This document shows positions 1-12,894 of a stretch of DNA of 64,000 nucleotides, one piece after another. The translations under genes were made by a program, and so were the position numbers. The notes beneath the pieces were generated by a model. That model was not told the origin of the DNA. It saw only the letters and a list, made by a program, of their open reading frames with translations, and did not search any database. Each line of letters opens with the position of its first letter. The first letter of the stretch is position 1. The stretch comes from Eledone cirrhosa (Eukaryota): positions 93,434,001-93,498,000 of the forward strand of contig OZ024744.1 in the NCBI GenBank assembly GCA_964016885.1, in the 5' to 3' direction.

Positions 1-3000
1 GGTGGTGGTGGTGTTGGTGATAATGGTGTTGATGTTGTTGTTGGTGGTGGTGTTGGTGATAATGGTGTTGTTGTTGGTGGTGGTGGTGGTGTTGGTGATA
101 ATGGTGTTGTTGTTGGTGGTGGTGGTGTTGGTGATAATGGTGTTGATGTTGTTGTTGGTGGTGGTGTTGGTGATAATGGTGTTGGTGGTGGTGGTGGTGT
201 TGGTGATAATGGTGTTGTTGTTGGTGGTGGTGGTGGTGTTGGTGATAATGGTGTTGTTGTTGGTGGTGGTGGTGTTGGTGATAATGGTGTTGTTGGTGGT
301 GGTGGTGTTGGTGATAATGGTGTTGTTGTTGTTGGTGGTGGTGTTGATGATAATGGTGTTGTTGTTGGTGGTGGTGGTGGTGTTGGTGATAATGGTGTTG
401 TTGTTGTTGGTGGTGGTGTTGTTGTTGGTGGTGGTGGTGTTGGTGATAATGTTGTTGTTGTTGGTGGTGGTGGTGTTGGTGATAATGGTGTTGTTGGTGG
501 TGGTGTTGGTGATAATGTTGTTGTTGTTGGTGGTGGTGGTGATAATGTTGTTGTTGTTGGTGATGGTGGTGTTGGTGATAATGGTGTTGTTGTTGGTGGT
601 GGTGGTGTTGGTGATAATGGTGTTGTTGTTGGTGGTGGTGGTGTTGGTGATAATGGTGTTGTTGTTGGTGGTGGTGGTGGTGTTGGTGATAATGGTGTTG
701 TTGTTGGTAGTGGTGGTGTTGGTGATAATGGTGTTGTTGTTATTGGTGGTGGTGGTGTTGGTGATAATGGTGTTGTTGTTGGTGGTGGTGGTGTTGGTGA
801 TAATGGTGTTGTTGTTGGTGGTGGTGGTGGTGTTGGTGATAATGGTGTTGTTGGTGGTGGTGGTGGTGTTGGTGATAATGGTGTTGTTGGTGGTGGTGTT
901 GGTGATAATGGTGTTGTTGTTGGTGGTGGTGGTGTTGGTGATAATGGTGTTGTTGGTGGTGGTGGTGGTGTTGGTGATAATGTTGTTGTTGTTGGTGGTG
1001 TTGGTGATAATGGTGTTGTTGTTGGTGGTGGTGGTGTTGGTGATAATGGTGTTGTTGTTGGTGGTGGTGGTGTTGGTGATAATGGTGTTGTTGTTGGTGG
1101 TGGTGGTGGTGTTGGTGATAATGGTGTTGTTGGTGGTGGTGGTGGTGTTGGTGATAATGGTGTTGTTGTTGGTGGTGGTGGTGTTGGTGATAATGGTGTT
1201 GTTGTTGGTGGTGGTGTTGGTGATAATGGTGTTGTTGGTGGTGGTGGTGGTGTTGGTGATAATGGTGTTGTTGTTGGTGGTGGTGGTGGTGTTGGTGATA
1301 ATGGTGTTGTTGGTGGTGGTGGTGGTGTTGGCGATAATGGTGTTGTTGTTGGTGGTGGTGGTGTTGGTGATAATGGTGTTGTTGTTGGTGGTGGTGGTGG
1401 TGTTGGTGATAATGGTGTTGTTGGTGGTGGTGGTGGTGTTGGTGATAATGGTGTTGTTGTTGTTGGTGGTGGTGGTGTTGGTGATAATGGTGTTGTTGTT
1501 GGTGGTGGTGGTGTTGGTGATAATGGTGTTGTTGTTGGTGGTGGTGGTGTTGGTGATAATGGTGTTGTTGTTGTTGTTGGTGGTGGTGTTGGTGATAATG
1601 GTGTTGTTGTTGGTGGTGTTGGTGGTGTTGGTGATAATGGTGTTGTTGGTGGTAGTGGTGGTGTTGGTGATAATGTTGTTGTTGTTGGTGGTGGTGGTGA
1701 TAATGTTGTTGTTGTTGGTGGTGGTGGTGTTGGTAATAATGGTGTTGTTGTTGGTGGTGGTGGTGTTGGTGATAATGGTGTTGTTGTTGGTGGTGGTGGT
1801 GGTGTTGGTGATAATGGTGTTGTTGGTGGTGGTGGTGGTGTTGGTGATAATGGTGTTGTTGGTGGTGGTGGTGGTGTTGGTGATAATGTTGTTGTTGTTG
1901 GTGGTGGTGGTGTTGGTGATAATGTTGTTGTTGTTGGTGGTGGTGGTGTTGGTGATAATGTTGTTGTTGGTGGTGGTGGTGGTGTTGGTGATAATGGTGT
2001 TGTTGTTGGTGGTGGTGGTGTTGGTGATAATGGTGTTGTTGTTGGTGGTGGTGGTGGTGTTGGTGATAATGGTGTTGTTGTTGGTGGTGGTGGTGGTGTT
2101 GGTGATATTGGTGTTGTTGTTGGTGGTGGTGGTGTTGGTGATAATGTTGTTGTTGGTGGTGGTGGTGGTGTTGGTGATAATGGTGTTGTTGTTGGTGGTG
2201 TTGGTGTTGGTGATAATGGTGTTGTTGGTGGTGGTGTTGGTGATAATGTTGTTGTTGTTGGTGGTGGTGGTGTTGGTGATAATGTTGTTGTTGGTGGTGG
2301 TGGTGGTGGTGGTGGGTGGTGGTGGTTGTAGTGATGGTGGTTGTAGTGGTGGTGTTGGTTGGTGGTGGTGTTGGTGGTGTTGGTGGTGGTGGTGGTGGTT
2401 GGTGGTGGTGGTGTTTGTAGTGGTGGTGGTTGTAGTGGTGGTGTTGGTTGGTGGTGGTGGTGGTGGGTGGTGGTGGTGGTGGTTGGTGGTGGTGGTTGTA
2501 GTGGTGGTGGTGGTGGTGGTGGTGGTGGTGGTGTTGGTAGTGGTGGTGGTGGTTGGTGGTGGTTTTGGTGGTGGTGGTGGTGGTTGTAGTGGTGGTGGTG
2601 GTTGGTGGTGGTGGTGGTGTTAGTGGTGATGGTGGTTGTAGTGGTGGTGTTGGTTGGTGGTGGTGTTGGTGGTGTTGGTGGTGGTGGTGGTGGTTGGTGG
2701 TGGTAGTGTTTGTAGTGGTGGTGGTTGTAGTGGTGGTGTTGGTTGGTGGTGGTGGTGGTGGGTGGTGGTGGTGGTGGTTGGTGGTGGTGGTTGTAGTGGT
2801 GGTGGTGGTGGTGGTGGTGGTGGTGGTGGTGGTGGTGGTGGTGGTGTTGGTAGTGGTGGTGGTGGTTGGTAGTGGTTTTGGTGGTGGTGGTGGTGGTTGT
2901 AGTGGTGGTGGTGGTTGGTGGTGGTGGTGGTGTTAGTGGTGGTGGTGGTTGGTGATAGTGGTGGTGGTGGTGGTGGTGGTATTGGTGGTGGTTGTGGTGA

Positions 3001-6000
3001 TAGTGGTGGTGGTGGTGTTGGTGGTGGTGGAGTTGGTAGTGGTGGTGGTGGTTGGTGGTGGTGTTGGTGATAATGTTGTTGTTGTTGGTGGTGGTGGTGT
3101 TGGTGATAATGTTGTTGTTGGTGGTGGTGGTGGTGTTGGTGATAATGGTGTTGTTGGTGGTGGTGTTGGTGATAATGTTGTTGTTGTTGGTGGTGGTGGT
3201 GATAATGTTGTTGTTGTTGGTGATGGTGGTGTTGGTGATAATGGTGTTGTTGTTGGTGGTGGTGGTGTTGGTGATAATGGTGTTGTTGTTGGTGGCGGTG
3301 GTGTTGGTGATAATGGTGTTGTTGTTGGTGGTGGTGGTGGTGTTGGTGATAATGGTGTTGTTGTTGGTGGTGGTGGTGTTGGTGATAATGGTGTTGTTGT
3401 TGTTGGTGGTGGTGGTGTTGGTGATAATGGTGTTGTTGTTGGTGGTGGTGGTGTTGGTGATAATGGTGTTGTTGTTGGTGGTGGTGGTGGTGTTGGTGAT
3501 AATGGTGTTGTTGGTGGTGGTGGTGGTGTTGGTGATAATGGTGTTGTTGTTGGTGGTGGTGGTGTTGGTGATAATGGTGTTGTTGTTGGTGGTGGTGGTG
3601 TTGGTGATAATGGTGTTGTTGGTGGTGGTGGTGGTGTTGGTGATAATGTTGTTGTTGTTGGTGGTGTTGGTGATAATGTTGTTGTTGGTGGTGGTGGTGG
3701 TGTTGGTGATAATGGTGTTGTTGTTGGTGGTGGTGGTGTTGGTGATAATGGTGTTGTTGGTGGTGGTGATAATGGTGGTGGTGTTGGTGATAATGTTGTT
3801 GTTGTTGGTGGTGGTGGTGGTGGTGATAATGGTGTTGTTGTTGGTGGTGGTGGTGTTGGTGATAATAGTGTTGTTGTTGGTGGTGGTGGTGGTGTTGGTG
3901 ATAATGTTGTTGTTGTTGGTGGTGGTGTTGTTGGTGATAATGTTGTCGTTGTTGGTGGTGGTGTTGGTGTTGGTGATAATGGTGTTGTTGGTGGTGGTGG
4001 TGGTGTTGGTGATAATGGTGTTGTTGTTGGTGGTGGTGGTGGTGGTGATAATGGTGTTGTTGTTGGTGGTGGTGGTGTTGGTGATAATGGTGTTGTTGTT
4101 GTTGGTGGTGGTGTTGGTGATAATGGTGTTGTTGTTTGTGGTGGTGGTGGTGATAATGGTGTTGTTGGTGGTGGTGGTGGTGTTGGTGATAATGGTGTTG
4201 TTGTTGTTGGTGGTGGTGTTGGTGATAATGGTGTTGTTGTTGTTGGTGGTGGTGTTGGTGATAATGGTGTTGTTGGTGGTGGTGGTGTTGGTAATAATGG
4301 TGTTGTTGTTGGTGGTGGTGGTGTTGGTGATAATGGTGTTGTTGTTGGTGGTGGTGGTGGTGTTGGTGATAATGGTGTTGTTGGTGGTGGTGGTGGTGTT
4401 GGTGATAATGGTGTTGTTGGTGGTGGTGGTGGTGTTGGTGATAATGTTGTTGTTGTTGGTGGTGGTGGTGTTGGTGATAATGTTGTTGTTGTTGGTGGTG
4501 GTGGTGTTGGTGATAATGTTGTTGTTGGTGGTGGTGGTGGTGTTGGTGATAATGGTGTTGTTGTTGGTGGTGGTGGTGTTGGTGATAATGGTGTTGTTGT
4601 TGGTGGTGGTGGTGGTGTTGGTGATAATGGTGTTGTTGTTGGTGGTGGTGGTGGTGTTGGTGATATTGGTGTTGTTGTTGGTGGTGGTGGTGTTGGTGAT
4701 AATGTTGTTGTTGGTGGTGGTGGTGGTGTTGGTGATAATGGTGTTGTTGTTGGTGGTGTTGGTGTTGGTGATAATGGTGTTGTTGGTGGTGGTGTTGGTG
4801 ATAATGTTGTTGTTGTTGGTGGTGGTGGTGTTGGTGATAATGTTGTTGTTGGTGGTGGTGGTGGTGGTGGTGGGTGGTGGTGGTTGTAGTGATGGTGGTT
4901 GTAGTGGTGGTGTTGGTTGGTGGTGGTGTTGGTGGTGTTGGTGGTGGTGGTGGTGGTTGGTGGTGGTGGTGTTTGTAGTGGTGGTGGTTGTAGTGGTGGT
5001 GTTGGTTGGTGGTGGTGGTGGTGGGTGGTGGTGGTGGTGGTTGGTGGTGGTGGTTGTAGTGGTGGTGGTGGTGGTGGTGGTGGTGGTGGTGTTGGTAGTG
5101 GTGGTGGTGGTTGGTGGTGGTTTTGGTGGTGGTGGTGGTGGTTGTAGTGGTGGTGGTGGTTGGTGGTGGTGGTGGTGTTAGTGGTGATGGTGGTTGTAGT
5201 GGTGGTGTTGGTTGGTGGTGGTGTTGGTGGTGTTGGTGGTGGTGGTGGTGGTTGGTGGTGGTAGTGTTTGTAGTGGTGGTGGTTGTAGTGGTGGTGTTGG
5301 TTGGTGGTGGTGGTGGTGGGTGGTGGTGGTGGTGGTTGGTGGTGGTGGTTGTAGTGGTGGTGGTGGTGGTGGTGGTGGTGGTGGTGGTGGTGGTGGTGGT
5401 GTTGGTAGTGGTGGTGGTGGTTGGTAGTGGTTTTGGTGGTGGTGGTGGTGGTTGTAGTGGTGGTGGTGGTTGGTGGTGGTGGTGGTGTTAGTGGTGGTGG
5501 TGGTTGGTGATAGTGGTGGTGGTGGTGGTGGTGGTATTGGTGGTGGTTGTGGTGATAGTGGTGGTGGTGGTGTTGGTGGTGGTGGAGTTGGTAGTGGTGG
5601 TGGTGGTTGGTGGTGGTGTTAGTGATAATGTTGTTGTTGTTGGTGGTGGTGGTGTTGGTGATAATGTTGTTGTTGGTGGTGGTGGTGGTGTTGGTGATAA
5701 TGGTGTTGTTGGTGGTGGTGTTGGTGATAATGTTGTTGTTGTTGGTGGTGGTGGTGATAATGTTGTTGTTGTTGGTGATGGTGGTGTTGGTGATAATGGT
5801 GTTGTTGTTGGTGGTGGTGGTGTTGGTGATAATGGTGTTGTTGTTGGTGGCGGTGGTGTTGGTGATAATGGTGTTGTTGTTGGTGGTGGTGGTGGTGTTG
5901 GTGATAATGGTGTTGTTGTTGGTGGTGGTGGTGTTGGTGATAATGGTGTTGTTGTTGTTGGTGGTGGTGGTGTTGGTGATAATGGTGTTGTTGTTGGTGG

Positions 6001-9000
6001 TGGTGGTGTTGGTGATAATGGTGTTGTTGTTGGTGGTGGTGGTGGTGTTGGTGATAATGGTGTTGTTGGTGGTGGTGGTGGTGTTGGTGATAATGGTGTT
6101 GTTGTTGGTGGTGGTGGTGTTGGTGATAATGGTGTTGTTGTTGGTGGTGGTGGTGTTGGTGATAATGGTGTTGTTGGTGGTGGTGGTGGTGTTGGTGATA
6201 ATGTTGTTGTTGTTGGTGGTGTTGGTGATAATGTTGTTGTTGGTGGTGGTGGTGGTGTTGGTGATAATGGTGTTGTTGTTGGTGGTGGTGGTGTTGGTGA
6301 TAATGGTGTTGTTGGTGGTGGTGATAATGGTGGTGGTGTTGGTGATAATGTTGTTGTTGTTGGTGGTGGTGGTGGTGGTGATAATGGTGTTGTTGTTGGT
6401 GGTGGTGGTGTTGGTGATAATAGTGTTGTTGTTGGTGGTGGTGGTGGTGTTGGTGATAATGTTGTTGTTGTTGGTGGTGGTGGTGTTGGTGATAATGTTG
6501 TCGTTGTTGGTGGTGGTGTTGGTGTTGGTGATAATGGTGTTGTTGGTGGTGGTGGTGGTGTTGGTGATAATGGTGTTGTTGGTGGTGGTGGTGGTGGTGG
6601 TGATAATGGTGTTGTTGTTGGTGGTGGTGGTGTTGGTGATAATGGTGTTGTTGTTGTTGGTGGTGGTGTTGGTGATAATGGTGTTGTTGTTTGTGGTGGT
6701 GGTGGTGATAATGGTGTTGTTGGTGGTGGTGGTGGTGTTGGTGATAATGGTGTTGTTGTTGTTGGTGGTGGTGTTGGTGATAATGGTGTTGTTGTTGTTG
6801 GTGGTGGTGTTGGTGATAATGGTGTTGTTGTTTGTGGTGGTGGTGGTGATAATGGTGTTGTTGGTGGTGGTGGTGGTGTTGGTGATAATGGTGTTGTTGT
6901 TGGTGGTGGTGTTGTTGGTGATAATGGTGTTGTTGTTGGTGGTGGTGGTGTTGGTGATAATGGTGTTGTTGGTGGTGGTGGTGGTGATGGTGATAATGGT
7001 GTTGTTGTTGGTGGTGGTGGTGTTGGTGATAATGGTGTTGTTGGTGGTGGTGTTGGTGATAATGTTGTTGTTGTTGGTGGTGGTGTTGGTGATAATGTTG
7101 TTGTTGGTGGTGGTGGTGTTGGTGATAATGGTGTTGTTGGTGGTGGTGGTGGTGTTGGTGATAATGTTGTTGTTGTTGTTGGTGGTGATGTTGGTGATAA
7201 TGGTGTTGTTGTTGGTGGTGGTGGTGGTGTTGGTGATAATGGTGTTGTTGTTGTTGGTGGTGGTGGTGTTGGTGATAATGGTGTTGTTGGTGGTGGTGGT
7301 GGTGTTGGTGATAATGTTGTTGTTGTTGGTGGTGGTGGTGATAATGTTGTTGTTGTTGGTGGTGGTGGTGTTGGTGATAATGGTGTTGTTGTTGGTGGTG
7401 GTGGTGTTGGTGATAATGGTGTTGTTGTTGGTGGTGGTGGTGGTGTTGGTGATAATGGTGTTGTTGGTGGTGGTGGTGGTGTTGGTGATAATGGTGTTGT
7501 TGGTGGTGGTGGTGGTGGTGGTGATAATGGTGTTGTTGTTGTTGGTGGTGGTGTTGGTGATAATGGTGTTGTTGTTGGTGGTGGTGGTGTTGGTGATAAT
7601 GGTGTTGTTGGTGGTGGTGGTGGTCTTGGTGATAATGTTGTTGTTGTTGGTGGTGGTGGTGTTGGTGATAATGTTGTTGTTGTTGGTGGTGGTGGTGTTG
7701 GTGATAATGGTGTTGTTGTTGGTGGTGTTGGTGGTGTTGGTGATAATGTTGTTGTTGTTGGTGGTGGTGGTGATAATGTTGTTGTTGGTGGTGGTGGTGG
7801 TGTTGGTGGTGGTGGTGGTGGTGTTGGTGATAATGGTGTTGTTGTTGGTGGTGGTGGTGTTGGTGATAATGGTGTTGTTGTTGGTGGTGGTGGTGGTGTT
7901 GGTGATAATGGTGTTGTTGTTGGTGGTGGTGGTGTTGGTGATAATGGTGTTGTTGTTGGTGGTGGTGGTGTTGGTGATAATGATGTTGTTGTTGGTGGTG
8001 GTGGTGGTGTTGGTGATAATGTTGTTGTTGTTGGTAATAATGGTGTTGTTGTTGGTGGTGGTGGTGTTGGTGATAATGGTGTTGTTGTTGGTGGTGGTGG
8101 TGTTGGTGATAATGGTGTTGTTGTTGGTGGTGGTGGTGGTGTTGGTGATAATGGTGTTGTTGGTGGTGGTGGTGGTGTTGGTGATAATGGTGTTGTTGGT
8201 GGTGGTGGTGGTGTTGGTGATAATGGTGTTGTTGTTGGTGATAATGGTGTTGTTGTTGGTGGTGGTGGTGGTGTTGGTGATAATGGTGTTGTTGGTGGTG
8301 GTGGTGGTGTTGGTGATAATGGTGTTGTTGTTGGCGGTGGTGGTGGTGTTGGTGATAATGGTGTTGTTGTTGGTGGTGGTGGTGTTGGTGATAATGGTGT
8401 TGTTGTTGGTGGTGGTGGTGTTGGTGATAATGTTGTTGTTGTTGGTGGTGGTGGTGTTGGTGATAATGTTGTTGTTGTTGGTGGTGGTGGTGTTGGTGAT
8501 AATGGTGTTGTTGTTGGTGGTGGTGGTGGTGTTGGTGATAATGGTGTTGTTGTTGGTGGTGGTGGTGGTGTTGGTGATAATGGTGTTGTTGGTGGTGGTG
8601 GTGGTGTTGGTGATAATGGTGTTGTTGTTGGCGGTGGTGGTGGTGTTGGTGATAATGGTGTTGTTGTTGGTGGTGGTGGTGTTGGTGATAATGGTGTTGT
8701 TGTTGGTGGTGGTGGTGTTGGTGATAATGTTGTTGTTGTTGGTGGTGGTGGTGTTGGTGATAATGTTGTTGTTGTTGGTGGTGGTGGTGTTGGTGATAAT
8801 GGTGTTGTTGGTGGTGGTGTTGGTGATAATGTTGTTGTTGGTGGTGGTGGTGGTGTTGGTGATAATGGTGTTGTTGTTGGTGATAATGGTGTTGTTGTTG
8901 GTGGTGGTGGTGTTGGTGATAATGTTGTTGTTGTTGGTGGTGGTGGTGTTGGTGATAATGTTGTTGTTGTTGGTGGTGGTGGTGTTGGTGATAATGGTGT

Positions 9001-9777
9001 TGTTGTTGGTGGTGGTGGTGTTGGTGATAATGGTGTTGTTGTTGGTGGTGGTGGTGTTGGTGATAATGTTGTTGTTGTTGGTGGTGGTGGTGTTGGTGAT
9101 AATGTTGTTGTTGTTGGTGGTGGTGGTGTTGGTGATAATGGTGTTGTTGGTGGTGGTGTTGGTGATAATGTTGTTGTTGGTGGTGGTGGTGGTGGTGTTG
9201 GTGATAATGGTGTTGGTGGTGGTGGTGGTGTTGGTGATAATGGTGTTGTTGTTGGTGGTGGTGGTGTTGGTGATAATAGTGTTGTTGTTGGTGGTGGTGG
9301 TGGTGTTGGTGATAATAGTGTTGTTGGTGGTGGTGGTGGTGGTGGTGGTGTTGGTGATAATGTTGTTGTTGGTGGTGGTGGTGGTGGTGTTGGTGATAAT
9401 GGTGTTGTTGGTGGTGGTGGTGGTGGTGTTGGTGTTAATGGTGTTGTTGTTGGTGGTGGTGGTGGTGATAATGTTGTTGTTGTTGGTGGTGGTGGTGTTG
9501 GTGGTGTTATTGTTGTTGTTGTTGTTGTTGTTGTTCGTGGTAGTTGTAATTGTTGCCGTTGTTGTTGTTAGTGTTATTATTGATTTTGTTGGTATTGTTG
9601 TTGCTGGTGGTGTTATTGCTGCTGTTGATGGTGGTGGTGATGTTAGTGGTGGTGAACCTATTGTTGCTGGTGGTGTTATTACTGTTGTTGTTGGTGGTGG
9701 TGGTATTGTTGTTGTTGTTGGTAGTGTTATTATTGCTGTTGTCATTGGTGTTGGTGGTGTTACATTTGATGTTGTCA
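1..9777. repeat. Giant trinucleotide-block minisatellite, unit ~27-36 bp GGTGATAAT(GGT)(GTT)n(GGT)nGTT; runs off the left edge
   Basis: Directly visible. The + strand is almost devoid of C. The array decays into an irregular triplet mosaic at ~9500-9777 and contains a ~2.56-kb higher-order duplication. Confidence 0.97.
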
Positions 9778-11019
9778 CTCTCTGAGTATCAAAAACACTA
9801 CCTGAAAAGGAGAACTGGTCAACATCATCGGATGTTTCCAAAACTGCATACATGCATTCATACATACATAACATACATACGCACATACATACACACATAC
9901 ATACATACATGCATTCATACATACATACATACATACATACATACATACATACATACATACATACATACATACATACATACATACATACATACATACATAC
10001 ATACATACATACATACATACATACATACATACATACATACATACATACATACATACATACATACATACATACATACATACATACATACATACATACATAC
10101 ATACATACATACATACATACATACATACATACATACATACATACATACATACATACATACATACATACATGCATTCATACATGCATTCATACATACATAC
10201 ATACATACATACATACATACATGCATACATACATGCATACATACATACATACATACATACATGCATTCATACATACATACATAACATACATACATACATA
10301 CATGCATTCATACATACATACATACATACATGCATACATACATACATACTTACATACATACATGCATTCATACATGCATTCATACATACATATGCACATA
10401 CATACATACATACATGCCTACATACATGCATTCATACATACATACATACATACATACATACATACATACATACATGCATACATACATACATACATACATG
10501 CATGCATTCATACATACATACATAACATACATACATGCATTCATACATACATACATACATACATACATACATACATACATACATACATGCATACATACAT
10601 GCATTCATACATACATACATACATACATACATACATGCATACATACATGCATTCATACATACATGCATTCATACATACATACATACATACATGCATACAT
10701 ACATGCATTCATACATACATACATACATACATGCATTCATACATACATACATACACACATACATACATGCATTCATACATACATAACATACATACGCACA
10801 TACATACATACATGCATTCATGCATTCATACATACATACATAACATACATACACACATACATACATACATGCATTCATACATACATACACACATACATAC
10901 ATGCATTCATACATACATAACATACATACGCACATACATACATACAAATCCAGTATCCAAGATACACCTTTAACTTCATACCCATCATTATTGGAGCTAT
11001 GGGTTATATACCAACCCGC
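9778..11019 (+). mobile_element. RLE-type non-LTR retrotransposon (R4/Dong-like) C-terminal fragment split by a (TACA)n expansion
   Basis: Joining 9841-9848 to ~10947 onward reads KLQIQYPRYTFNFIPIIIGAMGYIPTR, the PIIIGALG-type motif at the end of restriction-like endonucleases. Flanked by a 33-bp direct repeat (9745-9777, 11020-11052). Confidence 0.6.
9847..10946. repeat. (TACA)n tetranucleotide microsatellite, ~1.1 kb, with TGCA/TTCA variants
   Basis: Directly visible; pure core ~9916-10168. Confidence 0.98.
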
Positions 11020-11174
11020 TTGGTGTTGGTGGTGTTACATTTGATGTTGTCAATCTTAGTGGTGATAGTTAAAAATTAAGCAAAGGAAAAAGTAAAAATT
11101 ATTTTTTAAATAATATTAAAAAATAAAACAAAAGACAAAATTAAAATGTAATTTCAAAATATATTAAAGAAAAT

Positions 11175-11345
11175 ATGGAGAGGAAACTGCTTCACAGCAA
11201 TATCTAATAAGATTCAACAGAGAAGAATTAATCTAGAATCAAATTAAACAGTGGCTCAAAAGTTCTGGACTCAAAACCAGAAACAGAAGGTTTGATTCTA
11301 GTTGCACAAGACCAATGCCTAGTTGTAAACATGTATAAATATAAG
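11175..11345 (+). mobile_element. R4/Dong-clade LINE remnant (region downstream of RT)
   Basis: Frameshifted translation WLKSSGLK/PETEGLILVAQDQCL matches the WL..G.LK.ETEG.I.AAQDQ.L motif of R4/Dong elements. Confidence 0.65.
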
Positions 11346-11554
11346 TGACAGATGATACTAGTATCAAATATAGATTATATAACCAGTCTTCTTCTTCTTC
11401 TTGCTCTTGCTTGGTGGGACGGGGGATCATCCTAAGTCAGTGATCCCAGGGACGCCATCGTGTGTAGAGGAAAATATTTATTAAGATAAAAAATTTAACC
11501 AGCATATTTAGATATTTGACTACATCAGTTCTGACTGTCCAGACCTTGCCATGT

Positions 11555-11590
<36 letters not shown>

Positions 11591-11868
11591 GTCATGACAA
11601 AAAGCGCCCAGTCCACACTGTAAAGTTGTGTAGGTGTCACAACAACATTTTACAATGTTGGCTGGGGACTTTTTGTCGTGACACCAACATAACTTTACAG
11701 TGTAGGCTGGGCACTTTTTGTCGTGACACCTACATAACTTTACAGTGTAAGGGTGGTGTTAACAGAAGAGGGTGGGTGGATGTTGGGGCATGGAAGATGT
11801 ATGGAAGGGGGTATAGTGGTTAAGAGGTGCCTACTAGATGTAAGTTTGAGTCTGTGTGCACCGTAAAC

Positions 11869-12162
11869 ACTGTTTATTACTAAAACATATACAACACACC
11901 AATCATACAACATAACACATACCAGACACCACACTATATACTCTAAAGACATCACTGCCTATTACTAAAACACATACAACACCAATCATACAATACAACA
12001 CATACCAGACACTACACTATATACTCTAAAGAAATTACTGTTTATTACTAAAACACATACAACACACCAATCATACAACATAACACATACCACACACTAC
12101 ACTATATACTTTTTAAAAACCACTGCCTATTACTAAAACACATACAACACCAATCATACAAC
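11869..12162. repeat. ~84-bp tandem repeat, ~3.5 copies
   Basis: ACTGYYTATTACTAAAACAYATACAACA recurs at ~11869, 11954, 12037 and 12122. Confidence 0.85.
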
Positions 12163-12631
12163 AGATATGAAACACTAACAAACACAAACAGCACCCAAGA
12201 AAATAATACACCACCCATTGCTCATATTCTTTACACCAGATGAAACACTAAAATAACATCAGCAGAAACAACTCTAAGTATTACACCTGAAGATTGCTAA
12301 ACCTCACAACAAAAACAAAATTGATGCAGTATATTAAGACAGGTCTAAACAGGTAAAACATGGTGTTGTACACACATTAGGAAGATAGAGGTGTATCTGG
12401 TGATGAAGGAGAAACAAAGCAATGCACAGCAAGTATCAAAGAGGATGTGGCTTAGGACTAAGTCTAAAGTCTAAAATCTGTCTTAAGCCAGAGGCTCATT
12501 TGGTCAGTGCTTATCCCGGTTTCATGGCGTGAAGCAACTGAGAGTTGAGTAAGAGTAAGAGTAAGAGACAGGGGTCAGATATGAAATGGAGAAAGACTAA
12601 GATGGAAAATACAAAAGAAAAAGTAGGAAAT

Positions 12632-12836
12632 ATTTATCATCATGACCATCACCACAATCACCACCACAAGCATCTCCATTACCATCACCACCACCCCTGC
12701 CACCATTATCACCCTCAACCCCACCCCACCAACGCCACCACAATCATCCCCATCACTACCGCCTCATCACCACCTCATCGTTATCATCATCATCATCATC
12801 ATCATTATCACCATTGTCATCACCATCATCATCACA
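12632..12836. repeat. CAC/CAT trinucleotide mosaic
   Basis: Directly visible. Confidence 0.85.
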
Positions 12837-12894
12837 TATAAAGTGACCTAACCTTCTGTATACAGACAACTTCACTATCGTTTAACCCTTTACC

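Noticed and set aside
2-9785. Huge Val/Leu/Gly-rich plus-strand ORFs (873, 1355, 1392 aa)
   Set aside because: By-product of a stop-poor triplet repeat that is open in several frames; no domain or credible start.
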